NCBI GenBank assembly: GCA_038045005.1
Contig: JBBSYZ010000008.1
Coordinates: forward strand, 1 to 42,001
DNA from: Nanobdellota archaeon
GTDB lineage: Archaea > Nanobdellota > Nanobdellia > Woesearchaeales > GW2011-AR9
Length of the DNA stretch: 42,001 nucleotides
Direction of reading: 5' to 3'
Both the position numbers and the translations under genes were made by a program. The notes beneath the pieces are model-generated. The model was given only the letters and a program-made list of their open reading frames with translations, was not told the origin of the DNA and did not search any database. Positions 31,698-41,220 of the stretch are shown here, one piece after another. Every line of letters starts with the position of its first letter. Position 1 is the first letter of the stretch.

Positions 31698-31698
31698 T

Positions 31699-32133
31699 AT
31701 GATGGCTTGGGAAGATATAAAAAAATATTTTTGGTACCTCTTTGGCATCATAGGGGTGGTATATTTCTGGGCGGGTGTCTGGGATGGAGTTGGAAGCATC
31801 GGACCGCTTCAAAATCCGCTTTATAGTTTTATTGCCGGCGTAGTTTTACTCAGTCTCTCCCGTGTGATCCTTAAAGATGCCAATCCCTTATGGGGCTTAG
31901 AAAAACCGGTCAAATTAGAGGCCAAGAAAGTACACCGCCATCCGCAGAAGCAGGAGTTTCATTTCAAGTATGAAGACCATATGAAAAACAAAGAGCTTCT
32001 GTTTCATGCACAGAAATTAAAAAGGATTGAAAAAGAATTCTTAGTCTTCCTGGACCACGGAAAAGAAGTCTTCATCCCTTTGCACCGAGTAACCCAAATC
32101 ATGCATAAAGGAAAGACGCATTGGAAGGCATAA
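31699..32133 (+). CDS. Two-TM membrane protein with C-terminal MJ1316/DUF504-like domain (paralog 2)
   Basis: Same architecture: WAGVW, 'FKYED...FIPLHRVTQIMHKGKTHW'. Confidence 0.7.
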   Translation: MMAWEDIKKYFWYLFGIIGVVYFWAGVWDGVGSIGPLQNPLYSFIAGVVLLSLSRVILKDANPLWGLEKPVKLEAKKVHRHPQKQEFHFKYEDHMKNKELLFHAQKLKRIEKEFLVFLDHGKEVFIPLHRVTQIMHKGKTHWKA

Positions 32134-32134
32134 G

Positions 32135-32602
32135 ATGCAATACTTAAATAAGGAAGCGATTACCCCGTTGATGATCGCGTTCCTGCTCATCTCCTTTGCA
32201 GTTGCGGTCGGAGTGGTGATCATGAATTTAGGTAGCGCAGAAGTGGAAGATAAAGCGGAATGCGCCATCGAGATCGGGCTGCGATTTTCTGAAATAAGCG
32301 GCAAAGAGCAGATATGTTATGATGCTGATAAAAAGATATTCGCATTTGCGGTAGAAAACGGAGTCAATATCAATGTAGAAGGCCTGGTGGTGAACATCAT
32401 CGGGACGGAAAAAGCAGAAACCTTTGAATTGAACGAAGCGAAGATGGGGAAAGCGGCGGTATATTTAGGAAGAGTGCCGTTTGATACCGCTTCATCCGGA
32501 GAGATCAGGCAGGTAAAAATATCCCCAAAGATCATTCCTTACGATCAAGAAGAAGTCTGCATCGAGCAGGCCATTTTAGTAGAAAGCGTTAAAGCCTGCT
32601 GA
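32135..32602 (+). CDS. Archaeal type IV pilin-like protein
   Basis: Class III signal-like N-terminus NKEA|ITPL + hydrophobic helix; two-Cys globular domain ending in Cys. Confidence 0.75.
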   Translation: MQYLNKEAITPLMIAFLLISFAVAVGVVIMNLGSAEVEDKAECAIEIGLRFSEISGKEQICYDADKKIFAFAVENGVNINVEGLVVNIIGTEKAETFELNEAKMGKAAVYLGRVPFDTASSGEIRQVKISPKIIPYDQEEVCIEQAILVESVKAC

Positions 32603-32641
32603 AATATATATCGGTTGATGTTTTGCCCCATATGATTTTAG

Positions 32642-33430
32642 GTGGAAAAAATGGAAATTGAAATTAATCTAACCAAATCAATTGAAGAGAACGCAGGAAA
32701 ATATTTTGAATCCGCCAAGAAAGCCAAGAGGAAAGCAGAAGGAGCCAAAAAAGCCCTGGCTGAGACTAAAAAGAAACTAGAATTGCTGTTGAAACAGGAA
32801 TCAAAATTTCTGGAAGAAACTGCTGTCAAGCAGGCCAACCGGCAAAAGAAGCGCGAATGGTATGAAAAATTTCACTGGTTCTTCTCCTCAGAAGGGTTCT
32901 TGTGCGTCGGCGGAAAAGATGCGACCTCTAACGAGATCATAATCAAGAAACATCTGGAAAAAAATGACTTGGTTTTGCACACGGATATGGCCGGTTCTCC
33001 ATTTTTTGTCATCAAGAACGGGCAGGAAGCCGGAGAACAGACCATCAAAGAGACAGCGCAGGCCGTAGCCGTGTATTCCCGCGCCTGGAAATTGTGGCAC
33101 ACTTCTGCGGACGTATTTTATGTCAAGCCCGAACAGGTGACTAAGGAAGCCAGACCGGGAGAATATCTGGCCAAAGGAAGTTTCATGATTTACGGCAAGA
33201 CCAATTATCTTCATCCCTCTCTGGAATATGCCATCGGGCTGGCCGACGGAGAGATCATCGGCGGACCAAAAACCGCAGTAGAAAAAAACACCAAATCTTT
33301 TGTGGTAGTAATCCCGGGAAAAGAAAATAAGGGAAGTTTAGCCAAAAAGATCAAACATAAACTTAAGGGGGGAGATTTGGATGATATTATCAAGTTTCTT
33401 CCTGCTGGCGGCGGGGAATTGAAAAGATAA
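32642..33430 (+). CDS. NFACT RNA-binding domain (DUF814) protein, short RqcH/NEMF-related form
   Basis: ENAGKYF, WYEKFHWF, GGKDATSNE, H.D..GSP, GEYL.KGSFMIYG. Confidence 0.9.
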   Translation: MEKMEIEINLTKSIEENAGKYFESAKKAKRKAEGAKKALAETKKKLELLLKQESKFLEETAVKQANRQKKREWYEKFHWFFSSEGFLCVGGKDATSNEIIIKKHLEKNDLVLHTDMAGSPFFVIKNGQEAGEQTIKETAQAVAVYSRAWKLWHTSADVFYVKPEQVTKEARPGEYLAKGSFMIYGKTNYLHPSLEYAIGLADGEIIGGPKTAVEKNTKSFVVVIPGKENKGSLAKKIKHKLKGGDLDDIIKFLPAGGGELKR

Positions 33431-33786
33431 TGGGATCCGAACTAAAACTGTGGGAAATTGTTATCCGTTACGATGCTCACCATATCGATGGTATCACCCC
33501 TCTGAAAAAATCATACCAAGTCATCGGAATAGATAAAGAAGAAGCGCTGGAAAAAGCCCGTTCTCTGTTTTCTGAGCAGGAATGGAAAGGAAAAGAACTT
33601 GTAGAAAATGCCGGGTACATAAGCAGAGAAGTTACGCTTGACAACTATAGAGAAAGTATCCGAGAATATCGTAAAAAAATCCCTGCGCCTGAAATGAATG
33701 GCCCTGATGCACGGAAATTCAAATTAACACCCAGAATATCAGATGATGGCAGGAGCATTGAGTTTATTGTCAATGAGAAGCCATAA
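33430..33786 (+). CDS. Hypothetical protein
   Basis: Translationally coupled (TAATG) to the NFACT gene. Confidence 0.7.
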   Translation: MGSELKLWEIVIRYDAHHIDGITPLKKSYQVIGIDKEEALEKARSLFSEQEWKGKELVENAGYISREVTLDNYRESIREYRKKIPAPEMNGPDARKFKLTPRISDDGRSIEFIVNEKP

Positions 33787-33854
33787 AAGCGCGGAGAGTA
33801 AGCCATTCTAATACATCAACGTTTTTAAAGAAAAGGCATTTTTAACTATCTTAT

Positions 33855-33978
33855 GCCCCCGTCGTCTAGCCTGGATAGGACGCGAGCTTGCGGTCAGGAA
33901 CGACAAAAAGCTTGAAGCCGGAGTTCAAAATCAGCGGCTGCTGAAATCAGATGCTGGATGAAATTCTCCGCGGGGGCG
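33855..33978 (+). tRNA. tRNA-Arg(GCG) with two introns (33894-33908; 33930-33964)
   Basis: Acceptor GCCCCCG/CGGGGGC+G; D loop AGCCTGGATA; stem CGAGC/GCTTG with TT-GCG-G; T arm CGGAG/CTCCG. Confidence 0.9.
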
Positions 33979-33983
33979 TTGCG

Positions 33984-34005
33984 GCGGGGGCGACCCCGCT
34001 TTTTC
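33984..34005 (+). terminator. GC hairpin plus T-tract after tRNA-Arg
   Basis: GCGGGG-GCGA-CCCCGC-TTTTT. Confidence 0.55.
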
Positions 34006-34025
34006 TTAATCATCCAAATAAAAAA

Positions 34026-34457
34026 TCATTTCTCGAACACGGCATCAATCCCGTTGATATGCTGAATATCACGACTGAATCCGTAGTAGGTATCAAGAGC
34101 TCTAAGGCGCAGAGATTTAAACGGGCCGTATTCGATATTATGTCTTAAGTCTAAAATCTGGCAGGCATCGTCTTCTCCAACAATCTGTTCATGATAAGCG
34201 CCGGCCACGTCAAGGCGATAAATACGCGGCCGGTACAGCTGCAGGATTAAGTCGCATACTTCAGAAAATTCCTGTCCGCCGGAAGCTAACGACCACCCGC
34301 CCGTTTTCTTAAAAATATCTGCAAGATCGGATGCGACAAGCTGGTCCTGCAATCCATATCTAACCCGTAGTCGTAATAATCCGGTTTCCCAAATAATCTC
34401 TACCGCAGACTGCGGCGAACTTGATAAGACCGGATAGTCCATTTTTATTTTGTCCAT
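34026..34457 (-). CDS. Hypothetical protein
   Basis: Likely start ATG 34457 (MDKIKMD), which avoids overlap with the upstream gene. Confidence 0.6.
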   Translation of the reverse strand: MDKIKMDYPVLSSSPQSAVEIIWETGLLRLRVRYGLQDQLVASDLADIFKKTGGWSLASGGQEFSEVCDLILQLYRPRIYRLDVAGAYHEQIVGEDDACQILDLRHNIEYGPFKSLRLRALDTYYGFSRDIQHINGIDAVFEK

Positions 34458-34501
34458 GTTTATTTGAAAAAAGATTTTATTTGAAAAGCCGCCCGTTATT
34501 T

Positions 34502-35035
34502 TCAATTGAATTTCCCAGTGCATTTTAGGGGAAGCAGATGACACTCGCCGCCGGCGCCTAATTGCTGCAAGGCTTCGTTTATTTTTTTGATGTGTTCTTC
34601 CGCTGCTGGTTCCCACCCGGAGATATCGCAGACGCGCAACGCCTGAAAGACATCCTGCGGCACATAACTTGTTGCCTTATAGTTTCCGTGGTGAGTTAGG
34701 ACCGCGGCAAGATTTCCCACCGCCTGCGGCTTTAAACGAGATTGGTAGGATTTAAAATAAGGCACCGATTCAAGCCGGATTTTTGCGACAAAATCTTCAG
34801 TGAGGGGAACTTCAGCATATTCATTTCCTGCGACTAAACCTTCAAAATCAAATCCAAGTGTTCCTTTAGAAACTTCAATAATATGTTCCACTCCTGCCGG
34901 GGCATTTGGATCACGCCCCACTACTTCCACATCTTGTTTTGCAAACCAATCCAGCCATTCCACGATATCCATCTTATCACGTGCATAAACATCTCTGACG
35001 GGGAAAAAAGCGAAGGGAAGCTTATAGAGAACCAT
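34502..35035 (-). CDS. Hypothetical protein
   Basis: 177-aa ORF with GTGGT SD-like site, co-directional with neighbours. Confidence 0.7.
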   Translation of the reverse strand: MVLYKLPFAFFPVRDVYARDKMDIVEWLDWFAKQDVEVVGRDPNAPAGVEHIIEVSKGTLGFDFEGLVAGNEYAEVPLTEDFVAKIRLESVPYFKSYQSRLKPQAVGNLAAVLTHHGNYKATSYVPQDVFQALRVCDISGWEPAAEEHIKKINEALQQLGAGGECHLLPLKCTGKFN

Positions 35036-35045
35036 TCTAATACCA

Positions 35046-35462
35046 CTATAGATTATACAGTTTTAAGTTGGGTACTTCAACGTTGCAATAAGGGCAATTG
35101 TGGGGCATTTTCTTGGAAGGATCGTACTTGAATTTATAAGCGCACTTAAAGCAGCCCAGCTTCACCAGATTGCTGCCGGGAATCTTTTCAATGTTAGTTT
35201 GTGGCTCGCTTTGCCGTTTAAGCCTAGCCATCTTTTCCAGGTATTCGTCCTCTTTATCCCAGCCGGCCGGCTTTCTCTGCTCAGCCGGAGCCGCTACGGC
35301 TGCTGCCTTTTTTCTTTCTTCCTGCTCAAACTTCCCGCTGGTGCAGTTCGGACATACTACCTGTTTATATTTATAATGCAGCTTAAATTGGCTGGCGGGG
35401 GCAAAACCCTTGCAAACACGGCATTGTATACGCAAATTGTCATCCATATTCGCGTAAAACAT
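35046..35462 (-). CDS. Double zinc-ribbon protein
   Basis: CRVC..CPNC and CFKC..CPYC separated by a charged linker. Confidence 0.8.
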   Translation of the reverse strand: MFYANMDDNLRIQCRVCKGFAPASQFKLHYKYKQVVCPNCTSGKFEQEERKKAAAVAAPAEQRKPAGWDKEDEYLEKMARLKRQSEPQTNIEKIPGSNLVKLGCFKCAYKFKYDPSKKMPHNCPYCNVEVPNLKLYNL

Positions 35463-35520
35463 GAGGAGATATTTATACTTTTTGGGTGCGGAAAAGAATT
35501 ATTTGCATGATAAATCAAAA

Positions 35521-35860
35521 ACCCAATCGGAGCAGAGCTCCGGGGTATGAATCAAAATCCCCACAGCAAGCTGTGGGGTATGAAATGTAACTACAGCTTT
35601 GCTATTTAGCGTGGGGATTTTGGTGCAAAAAGGGATAGATTTCCCTTTTGCACAGAAGGACTTTGTCCTTCTTGTGTTGCTTTCGTATCCCCACTGCAAG
35701 CAGTGGGGTATACTCATCAACAATCAATATTGGGTTTTTGGTACATTCCTTGGGTCTAATTGCATCGCAGTAGAACTGCGGGGTACATGAAATACAACAT
35801 GGATTGTATTTCAGTACTAAAAATCAATAGTTTTTGATTTTTATGTATGTGACCCAGCGG
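35521..35860. repeat. Cluster of REP-like hairpins (..GGGGTAY) with a twin-hairpin insertion at 35623-35676
   Basis: Copies at 35521-35547, 35557-35581, 35687-35711, 35766-35786; additional bulged hairpin at about 35816-35848. Confidence 0.8.
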
Positions 35861-35965
35861 AAGTAATTGAGTTACCCATATAATGCCGTGTAACTTTACG
35901 GGAATAACGCTGGTACGATACCCGTACAACAAATACTTTAAAAATCACTAAAATATTCTTCTCTT

Positions 35966-36460
35966 ATGCATCCTTTCTGGGAAAAAATCGAGCACTATAA
36001 CCGTAAGTTGATAACTCCAGCCCTTATTTTGCTGTTAGGCATCATCATATACGAATTGTTCTTCCATGCCGAAAACCAAGCCTTAGAACTTGCCGTTGAA
36101 ATCACCGATGCCTTGGTTATCGCGGTGTTCGCCATCGACCTCGTCTTTTTGGCCATAAGATCGCGGAGCGCAAAATTTTTCTTCAAGAATTATTGGCTGG
36201 ATGTTCTGGCGGTGTTTCCATTCGTCCTTTTCTTTAATTTCATCAACTCGCTTTACCGGGCGATCGTAGTGACCGAACAGCTGGCAGTAGGACAGGCGCT
36301 TCTTCACGAAACGGTAGAAGTTGGCCGGGAAGCTAAAGGCTTATCCAAGGGCGGAAAGATTGCCCGCTTCCTGCGGATTGCTGCAAGAATATTAAGAGTA
36401 GTGACCAAATCAAGATTATTTGCTAAAATACACCACCGCAGGACTAAAAAAAGGCGTTGA
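35966..36460 (+). CDS. Stand-alone voltage-sensor-like (S1-S4) membrane protein
   Basis: S2 'D..VIAVFAIDL', S3 'NYWLDVLAVFPF', S4 'RFLRIAARILRVVTKSR'; no pore segment. Confidence 0.75.
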   Translation: MHPFWEKIEHYNRKLITPALILLLGIIIYELFFHAENQALELAVEITDALVIAVFAIDLVFLAIRSRSAKFFFKNYWLDVLAVFPFVLFFNFINSLYRAIVVTEQLAVGQALLHETVEVGREAKGLSKGGKIARFLRIAARILRVVTKSRLFAKIHHRRTKKRR

Positions 36461-36483
36461 ATCAAAAACTCCAGCGGAAGTTA

Positions 36484-36846
36484 TCATTCCACGTCCAGAT
36501 TCAGCGCACGAACCATGGTTTCATTATACCTTCGCGCCAATTCTTCAATCCCATCGAGGTTTCTGAAAAAGGTGTATCGGACAAAATTGAATTCCGTCCT
36601 AGTCTCCAGCACTGATGCTACGGTTCTTCCATAAAAAGACAGATAGGTCACTCGTTCATCAGATTGAATGCCGGAATACACTATCATCCCGGATTTGATC
36701 TCAAAATAATTAAGCCCCGGTTCCAGGTTGTAAAATGTCCTGATGTGTTCAACAGTATCGCAAAAGAAATCATCGATGGTCGGTTGAACCTCATGTTGTT
36801 CTCCGGTATTGACCGTAACCGATTCCGGAATTGGTTTTGGTTCCAC
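36484..36846 (-). CDS. Hypothetical protein
   Basis: 120-aa ORF downstream of cca, same strand. Confidence 0.6.
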   Translation of the reverse strand: MEPKPIPESVTVNTGEQHEVQPTIDDFFCDTVEHIRTFYNLEPGLNYFEIKSGMIVYSGIQSDERVTYLSFYGRTVASVLETRTEFNFVRYTFFRNLDGIEELARRYNETMVRALNLDVE

Positions 36847-36883
36847 AAATCCAAGAAAAGCACGCCTCTTTAAAAGAATTAGG

Positions 36884-38143
36884 TCAGATAACTTTTAACA
36901 CTTTCAACCTTTTGATCCGTTCACGGACATAATCATCTTTCAGCGCGCCGGCGGCAAAATCGGCGATCTTCGGATGCCCCACCTTAACTTTAGCCATTAT
37001 CCTTCCCTGACCTTCAAAAGTATGTTCATTCTTACCTTTGAAGTCGGCGACATATTCTTTCATCTTGAGGGGCGGGCCGATCTTGACTTCGTATTCCGGC
37101 AGTTCTTTTTTATTGAGGACAAAATAAAGAGCCGCATCCTGCTTTTTATCCCAATCCCATCCGGAAGCGAGCACCGTGAATGGATCTAATTTTTTTTTCA
37201 GGCATTCAAACACTTTCAGGATTTTAGCTCCGGTTACGTCTTCTTTTCCTTTCAGCGCGATGAGTTCAAGATACAGGATAGTCCCTTTATGATTCTTGCG
37301 CAAGGCAGATAATTCCAATCTCTCTTTTTCAAAAAAATCCTCTCCCGGCTTCTGCAAATATTTTTTAGCGATCTCTTTGAACCGCAGGAATTTATCTTCG
37401 GACAGGGCAGCTGCTGCATTCCTGCTTTTATCCACCGGATCGACTACGACCAACGGCGACTGTAATTTGGAGCTGTTGATGTGGAATAAGGCTTCTCTGC
37501 CTTTGTAAAAGCGAGAAGGATCAACAATATCTTTCTCTTTCCATTTCAGCGCTGCTTTTAAGACTTTCTCAAACGAACCGTAATGCGCAATCAAGATTTC
37601 CAACACATACCCGCTGAAGCCGCCGATATACGATTCAGCACCGTAAAGATTCTGCGCTTTGCAGAACCGTTTCAGCAGACGGATATCATCCTTGCTTTTT
37701 GCCGCGTGTTTATTCACCCATCGCGAATGCAGCGGTGAAATGTCCGTGATGTTAACTGCCTGTTCGGCCCGGGAGATTTTCAGGATGGGGACTACTTCAA
37801 AATTAAATCCTTCAAAAGAAAGCTTGAAGTAATCCCTGCTCCCGTGCACCCGGCTCATCTTAGTCCCAGAAAATGCTTTTTTCAGCACTGTTTCCAAGAG
37901 ATCAGATAATCCGGGAGACTTATCCCTAAACTTAGAATATTCATATAAAACAAAAATATCCATATCGTGATTTCCGGACAGCCAGGTGCCTTTAGCTCCG
38001 CTACCCCCCAGAATTGCTTTCCCCTCTTTCAGAGAAGAATTAAGTTTCCGTAAAAATAAAGTCGTGGCGGCAGAAAATCTTCTTTCTTCTGCCGGTTCCG
38101 GCCTGATTTTTGCAGGAATTTTTGGGACCGGAATTTTTTTCAT
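36884..38143 (-). CDS. cca: Archaeal class I CCA-adding enzyme
   Basis: GGS.AKGTWL..D.DIF, YGAE..GGFSGY..E, DPVD..RNAAAAL. Confidence 0.95.
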   Translation of the reverse strand: MKKIPVPKIPAKIRPEPAEERRFSAATTLFLRKLNSSLKEGKAILGGSGAKGTWLSGNHDMDIFVLYEYSKFRDKSPGLSDLLETVLKKAFSGTKMSRVHGSRDYFKLSFEGFNFEVVPILKISRAEQAVNITDISPLHSRWVNKHAAKSKDDIRLLKRFCKAQNLYGAESYIGGFSGYVLEILIAHYGSFEKVLKAALKWKEKDIVDPSRFYKGREALFHINSSKLQSPLVVVDPVDKSRNAAAALSEDKFLRFKEIAKKYLQKPGEDFFEKERLELSALRKNHKGTILYLELIALKGKEDVTGAKILKVFECLKKKLDPFTVLASGWDWDKKQDAALYFVLNKKELPEYEVKIGPPLKMKEYVADFKGKNEHTFEGQGRIMAKVKVGHPKIADFAAGALKDDYVRERIKRLKVLKVI

Positions 38144-38883
38144 GGTAAAATGATCCTCATGCCTTTTTGAAGGGTTTTCTTGATGGACTTCCCTTCTTTT
38201 TCTATGCGGTGCAGATCCCTGATGATTAAAGCATGGATGTCCTCTTTGAATAAAAACAAAATCAATAAACCTGTCACTGCCAGGGTTATGACGATTAAGG
38301 GCATGCTGACATTTCCTGCGCTTAGTTCTGCTCCAAAATAAGTCAACAGAATCATCTGCACTACAAATCCGGCGGTGGAAACTAAATTGAACCGCAGCAG
38401 ATCTATATTTGTAAGACCTGCGGTAAAGCTGACCAGATCATTCGGAAATATCGGCGCAACTCTGGCTAAAAACAAAGCCAGCAGTTTCTTCTGCTTGAAG
38501 AACAAAGTGAAATGAGTGATGTCGTGATGCTCAAAAAAAGTACTGGCAATCCTGGCCCCGTATTTCCTGGCTAAAGTGAATATAATCATTGAACCTATGA
38601 AAGCTCCGATTACACTGTAAACTAAACCCCATAACGGGCCGAATATGAATCCTGCCAGAACCGTCGTGAGCTGCGAGGGGACGATAGAGATAGTAGTCTG
38701 AAAAGCCTGCAGCAATATGATGCCTAAAGGCGCTAAGATGCCAAAGCCCAGAACAAAAGAACGAAGAGATTCCGGATTGGCCAACGAATTTTTCACCGTT
38801 TCCGATTCGGAAACAGCATAGAAAATGCCTAAGATTACCGCAATCAACAGAAGAAACCGCAGTTTGGTAGTGCCTCTTTTCAT
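38140..38883 (-). CDS. DedA/VTT (TVP38/TMEM64) family membrane protein
   Basis: P..AG.IFG..WG, F.LARKYG, RVAPIFP.D.VS..AG. Confidence 0.88.
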   Translation of the reverse strand: MKRGTTKLRFLLLIAVILGIFYAVSESETVKNSLANPESLRSFVLGFGILAPLGIILLQAFQTTISIVPSQLTTVLAGFIFGPLWGLVYSVIGAFIGSMIIFTLARKYGARIASTFFEHHDITHFTLFFKQKKLLALFLARVAPIFPNDLVSFTAGLTNIDLLRFNLVSTAGFVVQMILLTYFGAELSAGNVSMPLIVITLAVTGLLILFLFKEDIHALIIRDLHRIEKEGKSIKKTLQKGMRIILP

Positions 38884-38996
38884 AGGCCGGTGAAAGTCGT
38901 ATGCGTTTATAAATTTTAGTGAATATGGCGCATTTCTTACCCCACGACGATAGTGACAACAATTTTTTAAACTTTAACCGCTTTTAACTTAATCAA

Positions 38997-39293
38997 ATGG
39001 CTTTATCAACTGCTAAGATGCAATGTTTCGGCTGCGGGAAATCGATGGAAAAAGCGCAGATGTTTTCAACTTTAGATTCTTCGCGAGAGATGCGCTTTCA
39101 ATGTTCCGGCTGTTACAAGCACAACAAGACTGATTTCATGGGAGAAAAAAAAGCAGTGGCTGCTCCGACCAAAAAAGAATTCTTCTGCGGAAGATGCCGC
39201 TATAAATTCAAAGCCAAAAGTACCCTCTGCCCTTACTGCAGCAAGGAAGACCAAGTGGTAGAACAGCTTCATTCAGTAAAAGATTTTCTGTAA
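38997..39293 (+). CDS. Double zinc-ribbon protein
   Basis: CFGC..CSGC and CGRC..CPYC. Confidence 0.8.
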   Translation: MALSTAKMQCFGCGKSMEKAQMFSTLDSSREMRFQCSGCYKHNKTDFMGEKKAVAAPTKKEFFCGRCRYKFKAKSTLCPYCSKEDQVVEQLHSVKDFL

Positions 39294-39405
39294 ATGGAGT
39301 TTATTGCCTCCTGACAAAGCATAATAGTTTTAGATTTATTTTCAGATAGGATTTATTCTCAGAACATTTTAGGATAAACTATTCAAGAATAAGTGTCCTG
39401 ACTAC

Positions 39406-40122
39406 TCAAGAATAAGCATCCTGTTTCTCAGTAAACTTGACGTCATCATCCTCTACCCGGTTGAAGACCGGAATATCGAATTCATGCCGTTTATCCCCCG
39501 CATCCACACGCAAAGGCAGCCCGGAGAAAATATCTACCCACATAGAGATTTCCTGATTGGTCTTTAACACCCACACTTTACGATTAAATACCAGTTCTTC
39601 AGATGTCTTTTCAGCGCTGGTGATTTCTTCTGCCCAATCAAATGGGGTCTTGATATAATATTGGTCGTAATCCGCTGAACCTATATCCCCGGTTTTAATG
39701 CAGTATTTCTGGCTTTCACAATAAAAATTAGCGGTCCTGCTTACAGTATTAAAGATAACTACATCCATTTCATTTTTATTAAGGACTTTCTTCTCGATTG
39801 GCAGTTCCCTTTTTACCATGATGCCCTTGACCCAGAACTTCAGAGGAGCTTCCAAGGGCTGATCAAACCGCTTATAATTGTAGAACATGCTGGCTATATC
39901 TTTTCGCTGGTCAAGAAGCTCCTGAACATCTGCCGGGACGAGATTGGAAGTTTTTTCTGTCGTAATCTGTTCCGGTTCCGGCTGGTCTGCTGAAGAGCAG
40001 AGACTTGAATCCAAAACTTCGCTTCCATCGGGACAAACGTACTTTACTGTGCAGGATGAAACGGCAATTACTAACGCCAAAAGCAATAACGACTGCAACC
40101 GTAATAACCGCGCTCTTTTCAT
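39406..40122 (-). CDS. Putative lipoprotein
   Basis: Signal with VSSC lipobox; YVCPDG motif; C-terminal 'WVD..SGLPLRV' LolA-like strand. Confidence 0.75.
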   Translation of the reverse strand: MKRARLLRLQSLLLLALVIAVSSCTVKYVCPDGSEVLDSSLCSSADQPEPEQITTEKTSNLVPADVQELLDQRKDIASMFYNYKRFDQPLEAPLKFWVKGIMVKRELPIEKKVLNKNEMDVVIFNTVSRTANFYCESQKYCIKTGDIGSADYDQYYIKTPFDWAEEITSAEKTSEELVFNRKVWVLKTNQEISMWVDIFSGLPLRVDAGDKRHEFDIPVFNRVEDDDVKFTEKQDAYS

Positions 40123-40197
40123 GTTTCAGAGGTTATTGCCAAGGTATATAAAATTTACCCTGAATGATTTTTAAAGAGAACATAGATTTAATCATTC

Positions 40198-41220
40198 ATG
40201 GTACGGAAAATATCTGTTGAAAAGGCATTTTCACTGCAAAATACTCTTTTCATAGATGTACGGACGCCGAAAGAATACGCAGAAGACCATATCCTCGGCG
40301 CAGTAAACGTGCCTTTGCTTGATGATCAGGAACGGCATGAAATAGGCATCATTTTCAAACAGCAATCGCGGGAGAAAGCTATCGAACGGGGGATGGAATT
40401 ATTCCCGGCCAAGATCCCCAGCATCCATAACGCCGTCAAAGATCACCGCGATAAGAACATCATAGTGTATTGCGCCAGAGGAGGTATGAGATCTAAAATT
40501 GTCGCTTCCTTACTCGAGTCGATAGGTTACAACGTTTTACAGCTTGACGGCGGTTATAAGTCCTTCCGGCATCATATCCTAGAGGAACTTAATAATTTCA
40601 GATTAAAGCCGCAGATAATTTGTTTATATGGCTTAACCTGTACGGGCAAAACTGACTTGTTGAAAAATCTGCCTAATGCTCTTAATCTGGAAGATCTGGC
40701 CCAGCACCGCGGAAGTTTATACGGCGGCGTCGGATTGAAGCCCAATTCGCAGAAAAGATTCGAGAATTTATTGCTGCAAAGACTGAAAGAATTGAACGAA
40801 GAAAAATTTATCATCACGGAGGGAGAAAGCAGAAAAATAGGCGACGTCGGAATACCGGCATTCCTGTATGCGGCGATGAAGAAAGGCACTAACATATTAG
40901 TGAAAAGAAGCCTGGGACGCAGGGCTGAAGAGGTGGTCTGGGAATATTTTTCCACGCCGGAAAAAGTCCAAGAAATAAAAGAGATCACGCCCAAGCTGAA
41001 AGAAGTCATCAGCGGAAAAAAGAAAGAAGAAGTCCTGGAATTGATCGAAAACAAACATTATCTGGAAGCGGCCAGGATTTTGTTAGAGCAGTATTACGAC
41101 CTGCGGTATGCGCATCACCTGAACAAGCAGTCATTTTCCTACGAGATCAACAATGATGTCCTGGAAGAAGGAATAAAAAAAATAAAAAAGATAATTAACT
41201 TGAAGAGGGGGTGTTATTAA
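40198..41220 (+). CDS. selU: tRNA 2-selenouridine(34) synthase
   Basis: Rhodanese domain DVRTP.EY..H, CARGGMRS, GGYK; P-loop GLTCTGKT; LE.LA.HRGS; EGES. Confidence 0.93.
   Translation: MVRKISVEKAFSLQNTLFIDVRTPKEYAEDHILGAVNVPLLDDQERHEIGIIFKQQSREKAIERGMELFPAKIPSIHNAVKDHRDKNIIVYCARGGMRSKIVASLLESIGYNVLQLDGGYKSFRHHILEELNNFRLKPQIICLYGLTCTGKTDLLKNLPNALNLEDLAQHRGSLYGGVGLKPNSQKRFENLLLQRLKELNEEKFIITEGESRKIGDVGIPAFLYAAMKKGTNILVKRSLGRRAEEVVWEYFSTPEKVQEIKEITPKLKEVISGKKKEEVLELIENKHYLEAARILLEQYYDLRYAHHLNKQSFSYEINNDVLEEGIKKIKKIINLKRGCY

Noticed and set aside
33984-33992. 9-nt duplicate of the tRNA-Arg 3' end as a possible att site
   Set aside because: Too short, adjacent to the gene, part of a terminator-like hairpin, and no integrase in the window
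34458-34616. N-terminal extension of ORF 34026-34616
   Set aside because: Overlaps the upstream gene in another frame; ATG 34457 is the more plausible start
35521-35790. CRISPR array, or ORFs 35499-35723 and 35599-35790
   Set aside because: Repeats vary in sequence and spacing, no cas genes; the ORFs merely span palindromes
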